The position numbers and the translations under genes are program-made. DNA of 60,556 bases, counting the filler, from Dugesia japonica (Eukaryota), in NCBI GenBank assembly GCA_001938525.1. It is 5 parts of 5 records of this genome, joined end to end, with 100 filler letters (N's around TTAATTAATTAA, not from the genome) between each part and the next. Parts side by side here need not be neighbours in the genome. Positions count along the whole stretch, not along the records: positions 11,876 to 22,874 come from MQRL01613747.1; positions 22,975 to 33,474 come from MQRL01613482.1; 3 more parts are not named here. One strand, 5' to 3'. Position 1 is the first letter of the stretch. The number at the start of each line of letters is the position of its first letter. This document shows, piece after piece, positions 13,951 to 27,456 of the stretch. The notes below the pieces were generated by a model that made no database searches, was not told the DNA's origin, and saw only the letters and a list, made by a program, of their open reading frames with translations.

Positions 13951-15039
13951 TTAGAATGATGTATTTATGAATGAGTATTTCCCCCATTACGAAATTATTA
14001 AAGGTTTACCCAATATAAACCAGAAAAATTATGTCATATAATATAATTTTTACTAGCAGTTATTTGTCTTCTAACACTATGCAAGTAGATTCTATCAGGA
14101 ATTTTAAAACTTTTAAAATTATTTATAATTTCAAAAGAAAAAAAATTATTCATTATGTTGAGGTTTTATCTAGGTGAGTGAATTTTTTGTTTATATTAAA
14201 TCTAGGGTAGACGACCTAGTAAAACCCCGCAAAGAATTTAATCTGGTGTCCCCAAAAAACCCAGATCTTCAGAATGAAGCCGTTGACTCAGAATTGAGTG
14301 CAGACTGGCACCCCTTTGGTTTGAGTTCGTCTTTCGTGACACTCGCTTGATTTTCGAGACATACTTATTCCTTTTCAATTATTATCCTATAAGTTTTCAG
14401 TATATGGAGCGTTTATTAGTCTAGTTAATATTAATTAATTATGATTTTTTATTAGCTATGGTTAAATCAATNATCATAAAAAGAAACGAATTTACAAGTG
14501 AAAATATATTAGGATTATTAAAACTTCCACTTATTACATAATAAGCGTGCAATTACAATAAGTAATAGAACTAACATAGTCTGGATCCCGATCCGGAGCA
14601 AGCATAGCAACTGGAGTGGTGCCTCTTCGGTGGCCATTAACGACATTAGTGGTCCTCCATGATTTTCCATATCAAAGTTGGAAATCGTTGTTTTAACCTC
14701 AAATAGATCAATATTTACCTTGTACAATATCCGAGATTTCTGTTCAATTTGAATAATCTTTTGTTGACCTTTTGCTATAAAATTCGATCAGTATTTGTAC
14801 TAGTTTCTTGATACACCCTCTTTTATTTTATTGGTCCAATTTTACTTTTCGCATTTTTATTGGCTAACTTTGTTACCTGACTCTTCTGATTAGTTGAAAT
14901 TTTGGAATTTCCAAATTACTGGAGTTCCATTGGTCAACCTTCAGACCCTTGTATCTTCTTTCTTAGACTGGCTATGATTTTTTAACCTGGATTTTTGAAA
15001 AAAAAAATAAAACTAGAAAAATAATTTAAAGATATTTTT

Positions 15040-15290
15040 TTTCCTTTTAGAAATCTAAAGGAGATTATATTTATGATGAACAATTAATGATTTATATTAA
15101 ACAACCAAAAATAAAAAGAAAATCTCACGAAGAAAATTTAAAAGAAAGAAATGAAAACTAAAAATTTTATTTAACAGCATATTTTAATAATAAAGAAGAA
15201 TATCTAAATATACATCTAAAAAATTATCTAGGATTAATAAAAATTGATTTACCTAATCCTAATCTACCACTAGTAGGGATTGTATTACAG
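15040..15290 (+). pseudogene. Fragment paralogous to the Polinton-region ORF at 23.4-23.6 kb
   Basis: GATTATATTTATGATGAA...CAACCAAAAATAAAAAGAAAA shared between ~15063-15123 and ~23495-23555. Confidence 0.55.
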
Positions 15291-16017
15291 GTAAATGAAC
15301 AATAAGGAACCATTAGTAAATACCGGTAAATGTAAAAATTTACCGGAAACTATTTATCTCGAATTAAAAACAAATAAACCAACTTATAACAAAATTTAAT
15401 TGTAATTTGCCTTAAGGTGTTGATTTGCATTTTCTGATTTGGCAACAGTAATAAAAAGTTTTTTACATGTCATAGTGGTCTCATCTGTCATTACAATTTC
15501 CGTTACCATATTTGTCCTTGCAAACTGCAGCTTATTCTAGTTGTTTTTGAGACATAGGGAAAAGAATATTCGTATTATGGTACTTATTATCCTGCGTTTG
15601 GAGATTACATTTGTTACATGTAATATGTATCTCAATCCTTTACTTATAGCAAAAATATAATTATAAAACGTGCAAAACTTACTGTATTAATAGTATTAAT
15701 ATTAATTTCTTAGTATTAATTTTTTCTATTTTTGTTTAATTAAGCTTTATTTTTGTTTTCTTTTATATATTTGTTTTCTTTTATTTCCGATTTAAATATT
15801 TAATTGTTATAAAAATATTTATAGAAGAAATTTAATAATGAACTATCAAGATGCTCTTAAATTTCAATATCTTTGAGCAAAAGAGATACGGAAACATATA
15901 TAAGAAATAAATCTTAGAAAATTTAATTTTATAAAACACATATTTTTTTTAATAGGCATGGATAAAGCATCCGTATGACAATATTTAAATAGAATAAAAG
16001 GCGGTTAGTCAGGATAA

Positions 16018-19000
16018 TGTAAGAAATGTGGCAGGATAATTAAGAGTACAGAGGAAGTACAAGTGACCAACATTCACATCTTAAAACTCAACACAAGATT
16101 AATATACAAAAAATGAAATTTCAAATGAAATAACAAGAAGTACAAGCGATTACCTTAATCTATAATTATTCACTATATTAAAACAGTGGATTAGAGTAGT
16201 AGAACAAATTTTTAAATTTGGATTTTCAATTAGATTCATTTGTCAATCGTCACAATGGCGTCACGAGCAAATCAATTTGATATAGAATTTTAAAAAATTG
16301 GAACTTGAAGTTTAAGAAAAGAAGCCTCAAGAAAAACTAGAGGATAGAATACAACAAGAAGAAAGAAAAGACAAAATAAAACGATAAGAACTCGACAAGT
16401 GTAGAAGACAAGATGAATTCGATGAACATAGAAGGCAAGACGAACTGGAATAGCGTAGGAGGCAAAATGAATAAGAGCAAAGCAAAAAGAGTTTTAAGAA
16501 AAACGATTAGCAATGAAAAAAGCAAGACAACCCCAAAATCTTCAGTGCAATATGTCAAACGTGTTTCTCAAACCAATTGCCTTTCAGCCATTTGTCAAAA
16601 GTGATAAAATTGAGATCTATTTAGATTATTTTGGGAGATGGGCTACTACTCAAGGAATCAGACGTCACGAATGGAGTATATTCCTACAACTCCTCCTTAC
16701 GAGTAAAGCTAGAAAAGTTGTTTTAAGATTACCATGGGATGACTAAAAAAATTACAATACTATAAAAAATGCTTCAAAATAAAAATAGATTCAACCTGGA
16801 TCTAGAACAATACCAAAAAACATTTCGATCATCACTAAAACTCGAGTCAGAAAATCACGTAGAATGACTACACAGATTAAAATCATAATTAGCAAGATGG
16901 TTACAATCTAGAAATGCAAACAATATTGAATTAATTAAAGAAGTTATATTGGAAAAACAATTTCGAAGAAATATTGTTCCTTTTTTAAGAAGCAAAATTG
17001 AAGAAATAGAACATCAGAATATTGAAGAAATGTTTAATACCACGGATAGATTTGATGCAGCCAATGACTTAAAAAGATATTCAAATAATACAATCAAGAT
17101 CAAATTTTAAGCAACCAATAAAATTTTATACGTGTGTAGTTAAGGGACGTATTGCACTAAGTCAGTAGTGAATGTGGCTATTTTGCCCACAACCAAAGTT
17201 CCGGATAATACATATTCAATGGTAAGATTCATAATTGTATTGTTAAAATGTTTCGTGATACAGGTGCATCAACAACTTGGATTTATCCTCAATATCTTCG
17301 AAATTCAGATCTAACTACTGAAACTGTGAGTGTTTATATGGCTAATGGGAAAATTTATGAAGCGCATATTGCAAATTTTGAATTGGAAATTGAAGATTTA
17401 CTGAAGAGTACTAGATCAATTGTAATGGAAAGGTAAATGTAAACGTAACGGTAAAGAAAAAGGTAATAAGATTGACCATATTTGTGAAATAATAACAAAA
17501 TCAAAGTCGATAAAAGCTAATGAAGAAGAAAAGCTTAGTAAACTGGAAGAGAAACTTAATTAAACTAGAATTTTATTAATTTATGATATTCCTCCTGAAA
17601 CGTTTGAAAAATACCCTTCAGATTCTGAAATTATTAAATATATATCAATTGAACACTTGCCTGAAGACAAAAATGAACTCTTTGAAATAAACCCAGAGAA
17701 GCCGAAAATTGAACAAATTAATGATAAATCACTTAAAGAGATTTTTGAAACATTAGAAAAACATGACAATTATTTCTTAGAAAATGAAATTTTGATGTTT
17801 AAAAATTCTGAAACGTCAGAATAACAAGTTGTTGTTCCTCAAAGGTACCGAAGAAAAATTCTTGAAGTATATCATGATGTACTTACCACAGGTCATCTAG
17901 GAGTAAATAAAACTCGAAAGAAAATTGAATAGTTCTTCAATTGGCCAGAAATGGCAAAGTATATTAAACAATGGTGTAAAGCTTGTTACCAATGCCAAAC
18001 AGCTAATAGAAAGGTAGCTGTTAACAGAGCTCCTCTTGTTACGACACCAACTATTGGTGAACCATTTTTCAGAGTTAGAATCTATATGATTGGACCATTA
18101 AATCTATGAAACAGGAAAAACAGGTTTATAATCGTTATAATTGATAATGCAACGAGATATTCAGAAGCTATACCAGTTCCAAATATGCGGGTAGAAACAG
18201 TGACTAAAAAGATTTCTCATTATTTCTGTAAAGTAGAAATACCAACTGAGATTTTTACTGATCAAAAAATAAACTTTTAAAGCTCGATAATGGTGCAATT
18301 TTATAATTTTCTTGACATCAAACACATCAAAACGTCCCCATATTACCCTCAGACTAACTGCTTATGTGAAAGATTCAATGGTACTCTTAAGGCAATTATC
18401 AGGGGATACCGATGGTAAAGATTGAAATGAATCTTTCCATATTTATGCTCAATCCAAGAAAATTTTGAATTTAGTTCTTTTGACCTATTGTTTAGCCGTG
18501 ATGTTCAAGGCCCTTTATTGGTAAATTATAGAGAGATGTTGGGTAAAGAGAAGGTTGAATCTAACATCTGCAAATTTGTGTTAAACTTAAAAGATAAATT
18601 AATTCAAGTTAGAGAAATAAGGTTACAGCAAGAAAATTTTAAAAAATCAAAAAAAGAAATAGTATGATAAAAAATCAAAAGATAGACAATTTGTTCCAAG
18701 CAATGATGTTTTAGTTTTATTACCGACATCTGCTAATAAAATTTTATCAGGATAGAAGGCTCCGTATAAAATTGTAGAACAAGTCGAAGACATTAACTAT
18801 AAAGTTGACACAGGACGAACAAAGAAAATATATAGAACATTTCACGTTAATCTTCTGAGCCCATGTTACAATCAGCTCTCAATTCTGAATCCGCGATAAC
18901 AGATAAGAATACCGTCCAAATCAATTAAAAACTTCCAGATGGATTATTTCAAACGAGTAAAAAACTAGTAAAATTCTACCAAGACGTTTTTTCGTCGAAA

Positions 19001-19175
19001 CCTGAGTTGACAAGGTCAAAAGAATTCAGCATTCAATTATACAATAATAGGCCAATAGCCCTCAAGCCTTATGTAGTGGCACATTCGCTTCGAGATATCA
19101 TGAAGAATAAAATCACGATGTTACTTAAGGAAATTATATTTGAAGAATGATCAAGTCCGTATGCCAGTCCTACTT
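16018..19175 (+). mobile_element. Gmr1-like Gypsy LTR retrotransposon (5' LTR, PBS, SCAN-like gag, PR, IN, start of RT), truncated
   Basis: LTR end TCACA (16254), PBS TGGCGTCACGA (16256); gag YLDYFGRWA...WSIFLQLLLTSKA; PR RDTGAS (~17254); IN H..GHLGVNKT..WP..CKACYQCQ, ILTDQ, CERFNGTLK, FHVNLL (17820-18860); RT N-terminus DVFSSKP...SSPYASP (18980-19172). LTR start position is approximate. Confidence 0.88.
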
Positions 19176-20110
19176 TATTCGTTTTGTTGCTTTATTTTTA
19201 ATTTATAAGTTTTATTGGAATTTCCAAATACTTTTCTTTCTCCATATACTTCTGAAAATCCACTTCTAACCCCCCCCCATTCTATTGTCATAAATATATC
19301 ATATTTTCTTGTGCATATTTTAATTCCATTTGTGTAAATTTCATTCCTGCATTCCAATTTAATCCTGGGGTTGAATAACAATAAACTGGATCTATTTGAT
19401 ATTTATTTAAACATGTCTCTAAAGTTTTTAAAATAAGTCTGCAAATATTAATGCGTTCTAGTTTTTTAAATGATAATTCTATAAAAGAAGAACCTACTAA
19501 AGATTGATATTTACATAATTCAATGTTTTATTCTGTATTTTTTTCTATTGTCTATTCATTTATTTCAGATTCTTCAATATATTCTTGTAATTCCGTTAAT
19601 TGATTATTTGTAATTTTTCTATATTAGTATATAAGCAAATCTTTTTATTATTTGAATAATAATTATAACTTATATATTTGGAGTTGGAACCAGTTTCTTT
19701 AGAATATTAAACTTTAATATTTAATCCTACACATATTTTTACCATATTCTATATATTTTTTAATTATTTCAATTCGTTTAATGAATTTATAATGAACAAT
19801 TTTAATTAATTCAAATTTACTATCTGTAAAATATTATTTTTGATAATCTTTATAAACTTTAAAATATTTTCTTACAACTTTTTTCATAATTTATTATTTC
19901 ATCTTTAAGAAGTTCATCAAATTATTCTTTTGAATTTCTTTCAGAATCTTTTTTAAAATTTTATTTATGTAAATTACTATTGAAATGTAATCTTGCTGGA
20001 TGTTCTTGTAAAAATGTTCTATTAAATATTTCACAATATAAATCAACTGGTTTTTTATTGATAAAACAAACTTGTGAATCTATATGTTGTTTTAAGCCTT
20101 TTTCATTTAT
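19175..20110 (-). pseudogene. Polinton/adintovirus protein-primed DNA polymerase B fragment with an upstream degenerate C2H2-like finger
   Basis: Across frameshifts: FADLF..NFR/ETCLNKYQIDPVYCYSTPG and FMTIEWGGVRSGFSEVYGER, matching the LADVFENFR..C...Y.LDP..Y.T.PG and E.GIRGG.S pPolB motifs; YCEIFNRTF...HFNSNLH upstream. Confidence 0.75.
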
Positions 20111-20139
20111 TGTAATAATAATTATCAGTTGATATCCAA

Positions 20140-22757
20140 GAGAACTAAGATAGGAGCGCACAGCCACAAATACTTCGCGCGATCCTTCTACCCAATTTTT
20201 TTCTTTTTATGTGGCTTGAATTTGATTGGTCGAAAATTTCGTGTGTGATTACGTCATTTGTGGCTTCAATTTGATTGGTTGAATTTTTTTATTAATTGAT
20301 GGATTTTTATTATTTTTTATTAAACATAAGTGGTTTAATGATTCTTTGTTTAAACTAATTGAATTTAATGATTATTTGTTTAAATATAATGAAATTAATA
20401 ATTTTCAGTTTCTTCAGTTTTAAAAGCTTATGTTTGTTTTAAATTAAACAAACTTTATCGAATGTGATTTTCTCCCCGACAATATTAACATAAAATATTT
20501 CCCAGGCAATATTAACATTGAATATTTCCCAGGCAATATTAACATTAAATATTTCCCGGGCAATATTAACATTAGTTGCTCAGGTTTCATACTAATGGAT
20601 GTTTCAGTGTTCATACTATGATATGTTAGTTAAAAACGTTAGTTGTAAAAAGTACAAACTATAAGATGTCTATGGGTATGCTCTCTTGGTTGTAACCGAC
20701 ATAAGATGCACCTTGAACAAACCATTTAATGTTCCTGACATTAATGTCATACTAATGAAATCAGTATATTATTTGTATTCTAAGTAAAATTATTATCAAT
20801 AGTATCATTTAAACTTATTTTCATAACAGTTTTGTTTGAATTCTATATTTTGTTTCCATTCTTTAAACTAAATCACTACAGCAAATCATTACTTATTATA
20901 ATTAAAAATAAAAGCATTACTAAAGTTTCAATGAATTAAATCATTAAAGAAAAACATTATCGTTAAAATAAAATTATTACCATTTAATTTAAATAAATCC
21001 TTACTTATTGTCAAATAACAATGATTATAATTCATAATAAGTTACCATATTTCCAAAAACTTTAGTCATAACATTAAGAATTTATAACAATTAATATCTG
21101 AAAATCAATTTATTAACTGAAAAGAAATTATTAATTTCAAAACATTAAACTTTAAATCTTTAACTTAAAATAAAATCATTACAAAAATTATTACAATTAA
21201 ATAAAATCACTACCGTTTTATTTAAATAAAAATATATCCTTACTTATTCTCATAGTTTATCAAATTTATAACAACATTTATCAAAATAAAATTTCATAAC
21301 AATGATCATAATAAATTGTCATACTACATCTATCACAAATCATAATAAGTTTTCCTTAAATAATCTAAAATAAAATTAATAATATAACAAATTAAATAAA
21401 AAATCTTACTTGATATTGCTAAAATGTCGGAATAATGATGAAATAATATAAAACTATTCCATTCCGGTCATATTTAAGTAATATGTTATAAGAAAATTAT
21501 TTAACAATTAATAATTGTTTGACATATAATATTTTAATTAATATGATTTAACGAAAATCAATTTTAAATAACATTAATTATAATTTTAAAATTCATTAAT
21601 TTTAACTGATCAACTAATTTTCAGTGATGCTAAATTTTAAATTCAATGAAATTTAAACTGTTCAATTTTGATTTGTATTAATTTCAAGCTGTTAAACTTG
21701 TATTTGTATTAATTTTAAACTGTTCAATTTTGATTCTTTTTAAATTTTGAGTTGATAAAATTTGATTATTATTAAATTTAAACAGATAAATCCTTTTTTA
21801 TAATCTTATGAATTTAATGATTTATGATGAAAGTTTCATTTTCAATGACTAGTTCTATACTTTCTATGTAGTTGTCTCTAATTTTCAATGATGAATCGTG
21901 TATTTATCATGATGATACATGTGCATTATATGATGAAGTGTCTGTTTTGTGATGAAATTATAATTTTCCATGACAAAGTTGAATTGTTTTTTTTCAATAA
22001 TGAATCCTATATTTTATGTGTTGTTTTAGAATTTTATGTGATGAAATGTACTTTTAAAACGTTGACTTAGAAATTTCAATGTGATGAACTATATATTTAG
22101 TGTGATGGATTATAAGTTTCACTTGTTAGTTTGAAATTTTATATGCTGGTTTAGAAATTTTACTATTTTCTATGCAATCTTTGAAGGTTATTGAATACCT
22201 CTGTGTAATTTATAACGCCTTTTTAATAGAAAAATACAATTTTTGAAATGTTTTATTGACTTGTGTGTATTTTTAAATAATTTAAATGACTTTTATATAA
22301 CTTTAACATGATGAATTATAATTTTTATGCACTGGTTTAGAAATGAATTATACGTTACAATTATATGTGATGGATTGTAATTTAAGTGTGATAGATTAAA
22401 ATTTTTATGTGTTGGCTAAGAAATTGTATGTGTTGACTTAGGAATTTAATAATTTAATTTTTTAATTAATAATAATTAATTTTTTGAAAGAACAGATTTA
22501 AAAATTTTTTGTCTTTAAAAACGGAATTTAGTAAAATCAAAAGTATATTTAAAATTTTATCAAGAAAATAAACTATAAAATAAATTACTAAAATTTAAAT
22601 TATTGAATATTAAATTTCTTCGTAACATATTTTTTTAAAAATAGATTTTTAAATTTGTTTGTTTAATTAACTAATGATGATATAGTTTTGATTTTAATAA
22701 AGTGTTGTAATGAATTCGAATTTTGATATTGATTGTACGATGAGTTTTCCAAAAATT
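20140..22757. repeat. Probable non-autonomous element with CCAAT boxes and internal degenerate minisatellites
   Basis: GC-rich left end, TGATTGG boxes, AAATCATTAC-rich block then GTGATGA-rich block, ~35-bp repeats at 21590-21790; right end shared with 8780-9130. Confidence 0.45.
20470..20572. repeat. 27-bp tandem repeat, ~4 copies (TTTCCCAGGCAATATTAACATTRAATA)
   Basis: Units start at 20498, 20525, 20552 plus a degenerate first copy. Confidence 0.9.
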
Positions 22758-22874
22758 ATTATTATTAACTAAAAATTATTATTATAGTTATTATTATTAT
22801 AATTATTATTATTATTATTATTAAAAACTTTTAAACGCCATTTCAATATATATTTGTGTATTACATGTTTCGAC

Positions 22875-22974
22875 NNNNNNNNNNNNNNNNNNNNNNNNNN
22901 NNNNNNNNNNNNNNNNNNTTAATTAATTAANNNNNNNNNNNNNNNNNNNNNNNNNNNNNNNNNNNNNNNNNNNN
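22875..22974. other. Artificial scaffold linker
   Basis: N44-TTAATTAATTAA-N44. Confidence 0.97.
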
Positions 22975-23221
22975 GGTTAATATATTTAAACTTAAAAAAA
23001 GAAAGCAAATAATAATACCAATGATATTAAGTCATTATTATTGGTTACTAACAGATGATAATATTCACTATACAAATTTAGTAAAAATTTGGTAAAATAT
23101 TTTTTGCTGTTAAAAGTACAAATTCTTCGTTCGTAACTTGAAACACCATGTTTATATCTTTTTACATCTTGAAACATATTTTTACAACTTGTAAAAAGGA
23201 CAAAAGTTATTTATATATAAA

Positions 23222-24192
23222 ATGTCTCAGATTTCAAAATCGAAAGAAGTTAGTCTTGGTATTTTAAATGAAATATAAATGAATATAATTATTACATGGA
23301 AAGTAAAAAAACTAGAAGATCCTATAAAAACAAACTCACAAATATAAAAAGAAATTAATTACCCTATAAGGAAATTATATGATATATTGAGAAAACATGA
23401 GTTAATTAAACAAACTAAAGTTAGGAAACATACACATATACAAAGATATTTATTTGATGAATGTGATAAAAAATATTATAAAGATTCAAAAGAGGATTAT
23501 ATTTATGATGAAAAATTAAAATTTTTTATAAATCAACCAAAAATAAAAAGAAAAACAAAAGAAAAAATCTTGAATGAAAATAATAAAACATAATTAATTG
23601 TATATGGTAAAAATTCAGAAAAATATCCCGAACTTTCAAATGGTGGAAATGTTCAAGATTCTACAAAAAATGAAATAAATATATCAGATGAGTATTTTAA
23701 TCATAAAATGGGTGAAGTAAAAAAGAATTTAGTTAGAAAAACGAAATAATAAAAAATTACTTAGAAAATTTTTTTCTATCGCAACTACTCCAGGTGCAAA
23801 TTCTTACAATAGAAAATGGATGAATTATTATAGTTAGTTTTGCAAGATAAAAATTATTTAAATGTGAAGAATATTCAAAAGTAAAACATTTATCAAAAGG
23901 TGAACAATGTGTTTATTTATTAAAAATATTTTCCCAATTTGAACAATATAAAATTGCTATGGAAATTGCAGGAGAAACAATTTATCAATTAGATATTAAA
24001 GTTGAAGTTTTAATTGAACGTTTAAAAGAATATGAAGATGTTGATGAAATTAAAATTGATGAAATGATTGAAACTAGAAAACCCATTTCAAAATTTGCAT
24101 TAAAGGTTCAAGATAGAAGAGAAAGAATTTTGAGAAATTTTACTAATACATTAAATAAAACATATAATGTTATTAAAGAAAATGGGTATTGA
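23222..24192 (+). pseudogene. Broken Lys/Glu-rich ORF(s) of unknown function in the Polinton-like region
   Basis: Coding-like composition, interrupted ORFs 23387-23593 and 23959-24192, second copy at 15.1 kb, adjacent to capsid gene. Confidence 0.4.
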
Positions 24193-24399
24193 AATAGAAA
24201 GTAGTTTATTAATTAAAAATATGCAAATTAATAATATATTATTAAAAATTATAAAATTTAAAGATGCAACAATATTTACTTTGAATATAATTTTATTTTT
24301 GTAATCTTTTCTGTCACGATGGCTCCAGGGCAAATTATTATTATAGAAAATGGAAGGATTAAAATTGGATATAAATAATAATTATGTTTTTAATCGTGT

Positions 24400-25240
24400 A
24401 ATATCTAAAAATGATTTATTAAAATTATCACCAAGAAGTAAAATTAAATCAACCTGATGATATATTATTTCAATCATTACAATCAACAAATCCATTAGAT
24501 ATTGGAAAAGCAATGTTATATTACGGGATATAAATTGATACAACTACAGAAACTAAAATAACTTTGGAAAAAAATTGGTTTCCATCAATATTTAAAACAA
24601 TGAGTTTAAAATTAGAATCAATAGTAGTTGAAGAAATGAATGATCCAGGAATAATATCAACAATGTTAAATTTAATTTTTTATGATGAATCATCAAAACA
24701 TTATACAAAAGCATATTATTGGATTCCAAATAATGATGCAACAACCTCCGTACCAAATAATCAATCAAAATTAAAATTATAAAGTGGTAAAAAATATGAA
24801 GGATATTTTCCATCAAAGAATTTATTTGGATTTATTCAATATTATAATAGATTATTATATAATGTATTTATACAATTATAATTTAATAGACAAAAGGATG
24901 ATTTATTAATATTTTGTGGTGAAGCTACAACAGCAAGTTTAAAATTATTAACTTTAGAATTACATTCAAATTCAATTAAATAATACATATTATCTTATAA
25001 ATCAAATTAAAATGAATATTAATAATAATGAAGAAATATTTCCATATCAAGCATATGTAGAAACATGTTTTCAATCAACCACAGTTAACATTAATTGAAT
25101 GGAAAAGTTTAAATCCAATTTTTTGTATGAATGTATCAAATCAACATTCAAAATTACCAATAAATACTGTAGATGTAACATTACATTTAACAAAAGAAAC
25201 AAATTTTAAAGGAAATATATATTGGTGTATGTTATAAAGA
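24400..25240 (+). pseudogene. Polinton/adintovirus major capsid protein (double jelly-roll) remnant
   Basis: IFKTMSLKLESIVVEEMNDPGIISTM; FPSKNLFGFIQYYNRLLYN...FNRQKDD; NPIFCMNVSNQ...TVDVTLHL...GNIYWCM. These match Polinton MCP blocks I recognise (PG.TSTM; PL..I.GF..Y.K; P.F.ID.S.Q...VD). Confidence 0.7.
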
Positions 25241-25429
25241 AGTCGAAATAGAGTTTCTAAAATATATTTTTATGACAATATGACATCATCAGCTTCTATA
25301 TAATATTTTAGAATCAAGCAGTCTTGGGGAAATCTTTGAAATAATAATACGGGACTAAAACAAATAAATCAAAATACCTGATATACACACTTACAATCAA
25401 ACATAATTTATTTTATAAGATTACTAAGA

Positions 25430-26447
25430 GATGATTGAATAATCATCTTACACCCCCCTCGTTTCAAAGGATTGTTGAAGAATGACGTTGAAGAAATAAT
25501 AATTAAGGATGAGCATATTGAAACGATTGTTATTGAAGATGATGTTGAATAAATAATAATCAAGGATGAACATGTTGAAGTAAATGAATATGCTGAAGAA
25601 ATCATCAATTTTGAACGAGAAGAAGAAACATTAAATATTGTACAAGAAGAAGATGCAATCAATATTGAAACAGATGATTGAAGCAGTTTTGAAATAATTG
25701 ATGAACTCAATGAAGAAGATACTGTATTACATGAGCTCATTGATATAGAAGAGGAAAATAATCAAGTTGGTAGATCAATAATGAATACTGAAGAACATAT
25801 CATGTTACAACAATTTATGGATGTAGAAGAAATGGGAAATAATAATCAAATTGGTGGATCAACAAATAATATTGGGGATGATGAAGTGATTATAGAATCG
25901 GATTTTTATCGCTGTCATAGGATACTTAAAATAGATGTTTCAAAATGAAATTGTCGTGAAATAATGTTACCAGAAGCAATAGTTGCAAAATTATTTAAGA
26001 TAATAGAAGAAATGAAAGAAGTTAAAATACAATTTGGGTTACATCTCGAGTTCAAAAAGTTAACAACAACTGCTGATGGAGAAAAAATTTGAGTTCAAAA
26101 CCTGTAGGAAATCAAATAGAGGTGTTGCATTAACTGATAACTTTTTTGAAGAGGGGATCAACCAATTGAATGAGAAAATAACAATAAAAAGCAAACTAGG
26201 CTCCAGTTGGATGTTGAACAGAATACTTGAAATTAATTTCAAAATCACAAAGGTTGCAGATATTTGTCGACTTTCAGGAAAAAGTTATATTCCGACACCG
26301 AAAGATTTAAGAATGAAAAAAGCAATTGTAAACATCAAAAACAATGACAATTACTGTTTTATTTACAGTATTCTTGCCATCACCAAAAGTGATCAAGTTG
26401 AACAAAAGAATAAACACCGCGTAACATTATATAAGAAATACTTGTAA
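25430..26447 (+). pseudogene. N-terminal region of Polinton pPolB with an acidic leader
   Basis: LGSSWMLNRILEINFKI...SGKSYIPTPKDLRMKKAIVNIKNNDNYCFIYSILA, matching the GSGW...SYI.LP....KKA..N.KN.D..CF pattern. Confidence 0.8.
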
Positions 26448-26790
26448 AATCCATCTGAAAAAAGTATATTTTGTTTTTCATGGATATTGTGATATTTCAT
26501 ATTTTTAAATAATTATAATAATTAATGGTATTAATAAATGTTTTCATTATAATTTTACTAATAGAAAAAAAGAAGAATTTAAATTTTTAATAAAATATTA
26601 TAAAGTTCTTACTCGACATTAAGATTTTTTTAAACCAGTAGAAAGTATTACATTAATAGTAACCGAAAATATTTATATTTATAATATTAAATAGTGAAGG
26701 ATTAAATACTGCAAGAGAAATATTAATTAAATTTGCACCACCAAGTATTTCAATAATTTAATAAAGACTTTTTAAACTAATAAATTATAA

Positions 26791-27456
26791 AATGTCTACT
26801 GAAGTCTCTGAAAATATTTATCTTAATCTCGAGCCTTGAAAGATTATATTTCTAAAGATAAAGAAATAACAATTCAAGATTTAAAAACCAAATTAGCAAA
26901 TTTAAGAATTTTTGATTTTGAATCTGATTTATATTTTATTGATGAAAAAATTACACATTATAATAAAATATATAAAAGATGGTCAAACTTTGATTCTGGA
27001 ATAAGATATACAGATATTGGTAAAAGCGTAATTATTGGAATTGGTGGTGAAGTTTTAGTAACTTTAGGATTTGCAACACCTTTAATTATTACTGGAATAA
27101 CTTCAGTTCCAATCATTTATTCTATTGCACACGGAACTTTAAAAGTTTCATGCTTAAATAAAAGAAAGAAAAAATATAATGATTTAATGAATTAGAAGCA
27201 TGTCGTAATAAATTATTTTTATTTCATCAAAAAGCTTTAAATGATGATGTATTAAAATATGATGAAATTTCAACTAGTAAGAATAGAGTTAAAGAAGTTA
27301 ATTTTAAAAACTAAAAAAGATATTGCAAATTTACAGAATAAAAATTTATTAAAAGAATTAGAAAATCACAGAATTCAGTTTGAGTATTTAAAAACAAAAA
27401 ATTTTAAAAAACTAATTCAGCAACAAAAAAAGTTAAGGAATTTTCCGAGCTATTAA
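26791..27456 (+). pseudogene. Polinton-associated predicted membrane protein remnant
   Basis: Basic stretch, Gly-rich hydrophobic segment (SVIIGIGGEVLVTLGFATPLIITGITSVPII), KKKY, then QKALNDD...DE/FQLV, a layout I recognise from Polinton accessory ORFs. Confidence 0.5.

Noticed and set aside
1-19175. Alternative genetic code explaining frequent in-frame stops
   Set aside because: TAA, TAG and TGA all occur together with frameshifts and deletions, as expected for neutral decay; UBL3 core exons read cleanly in the standard code.
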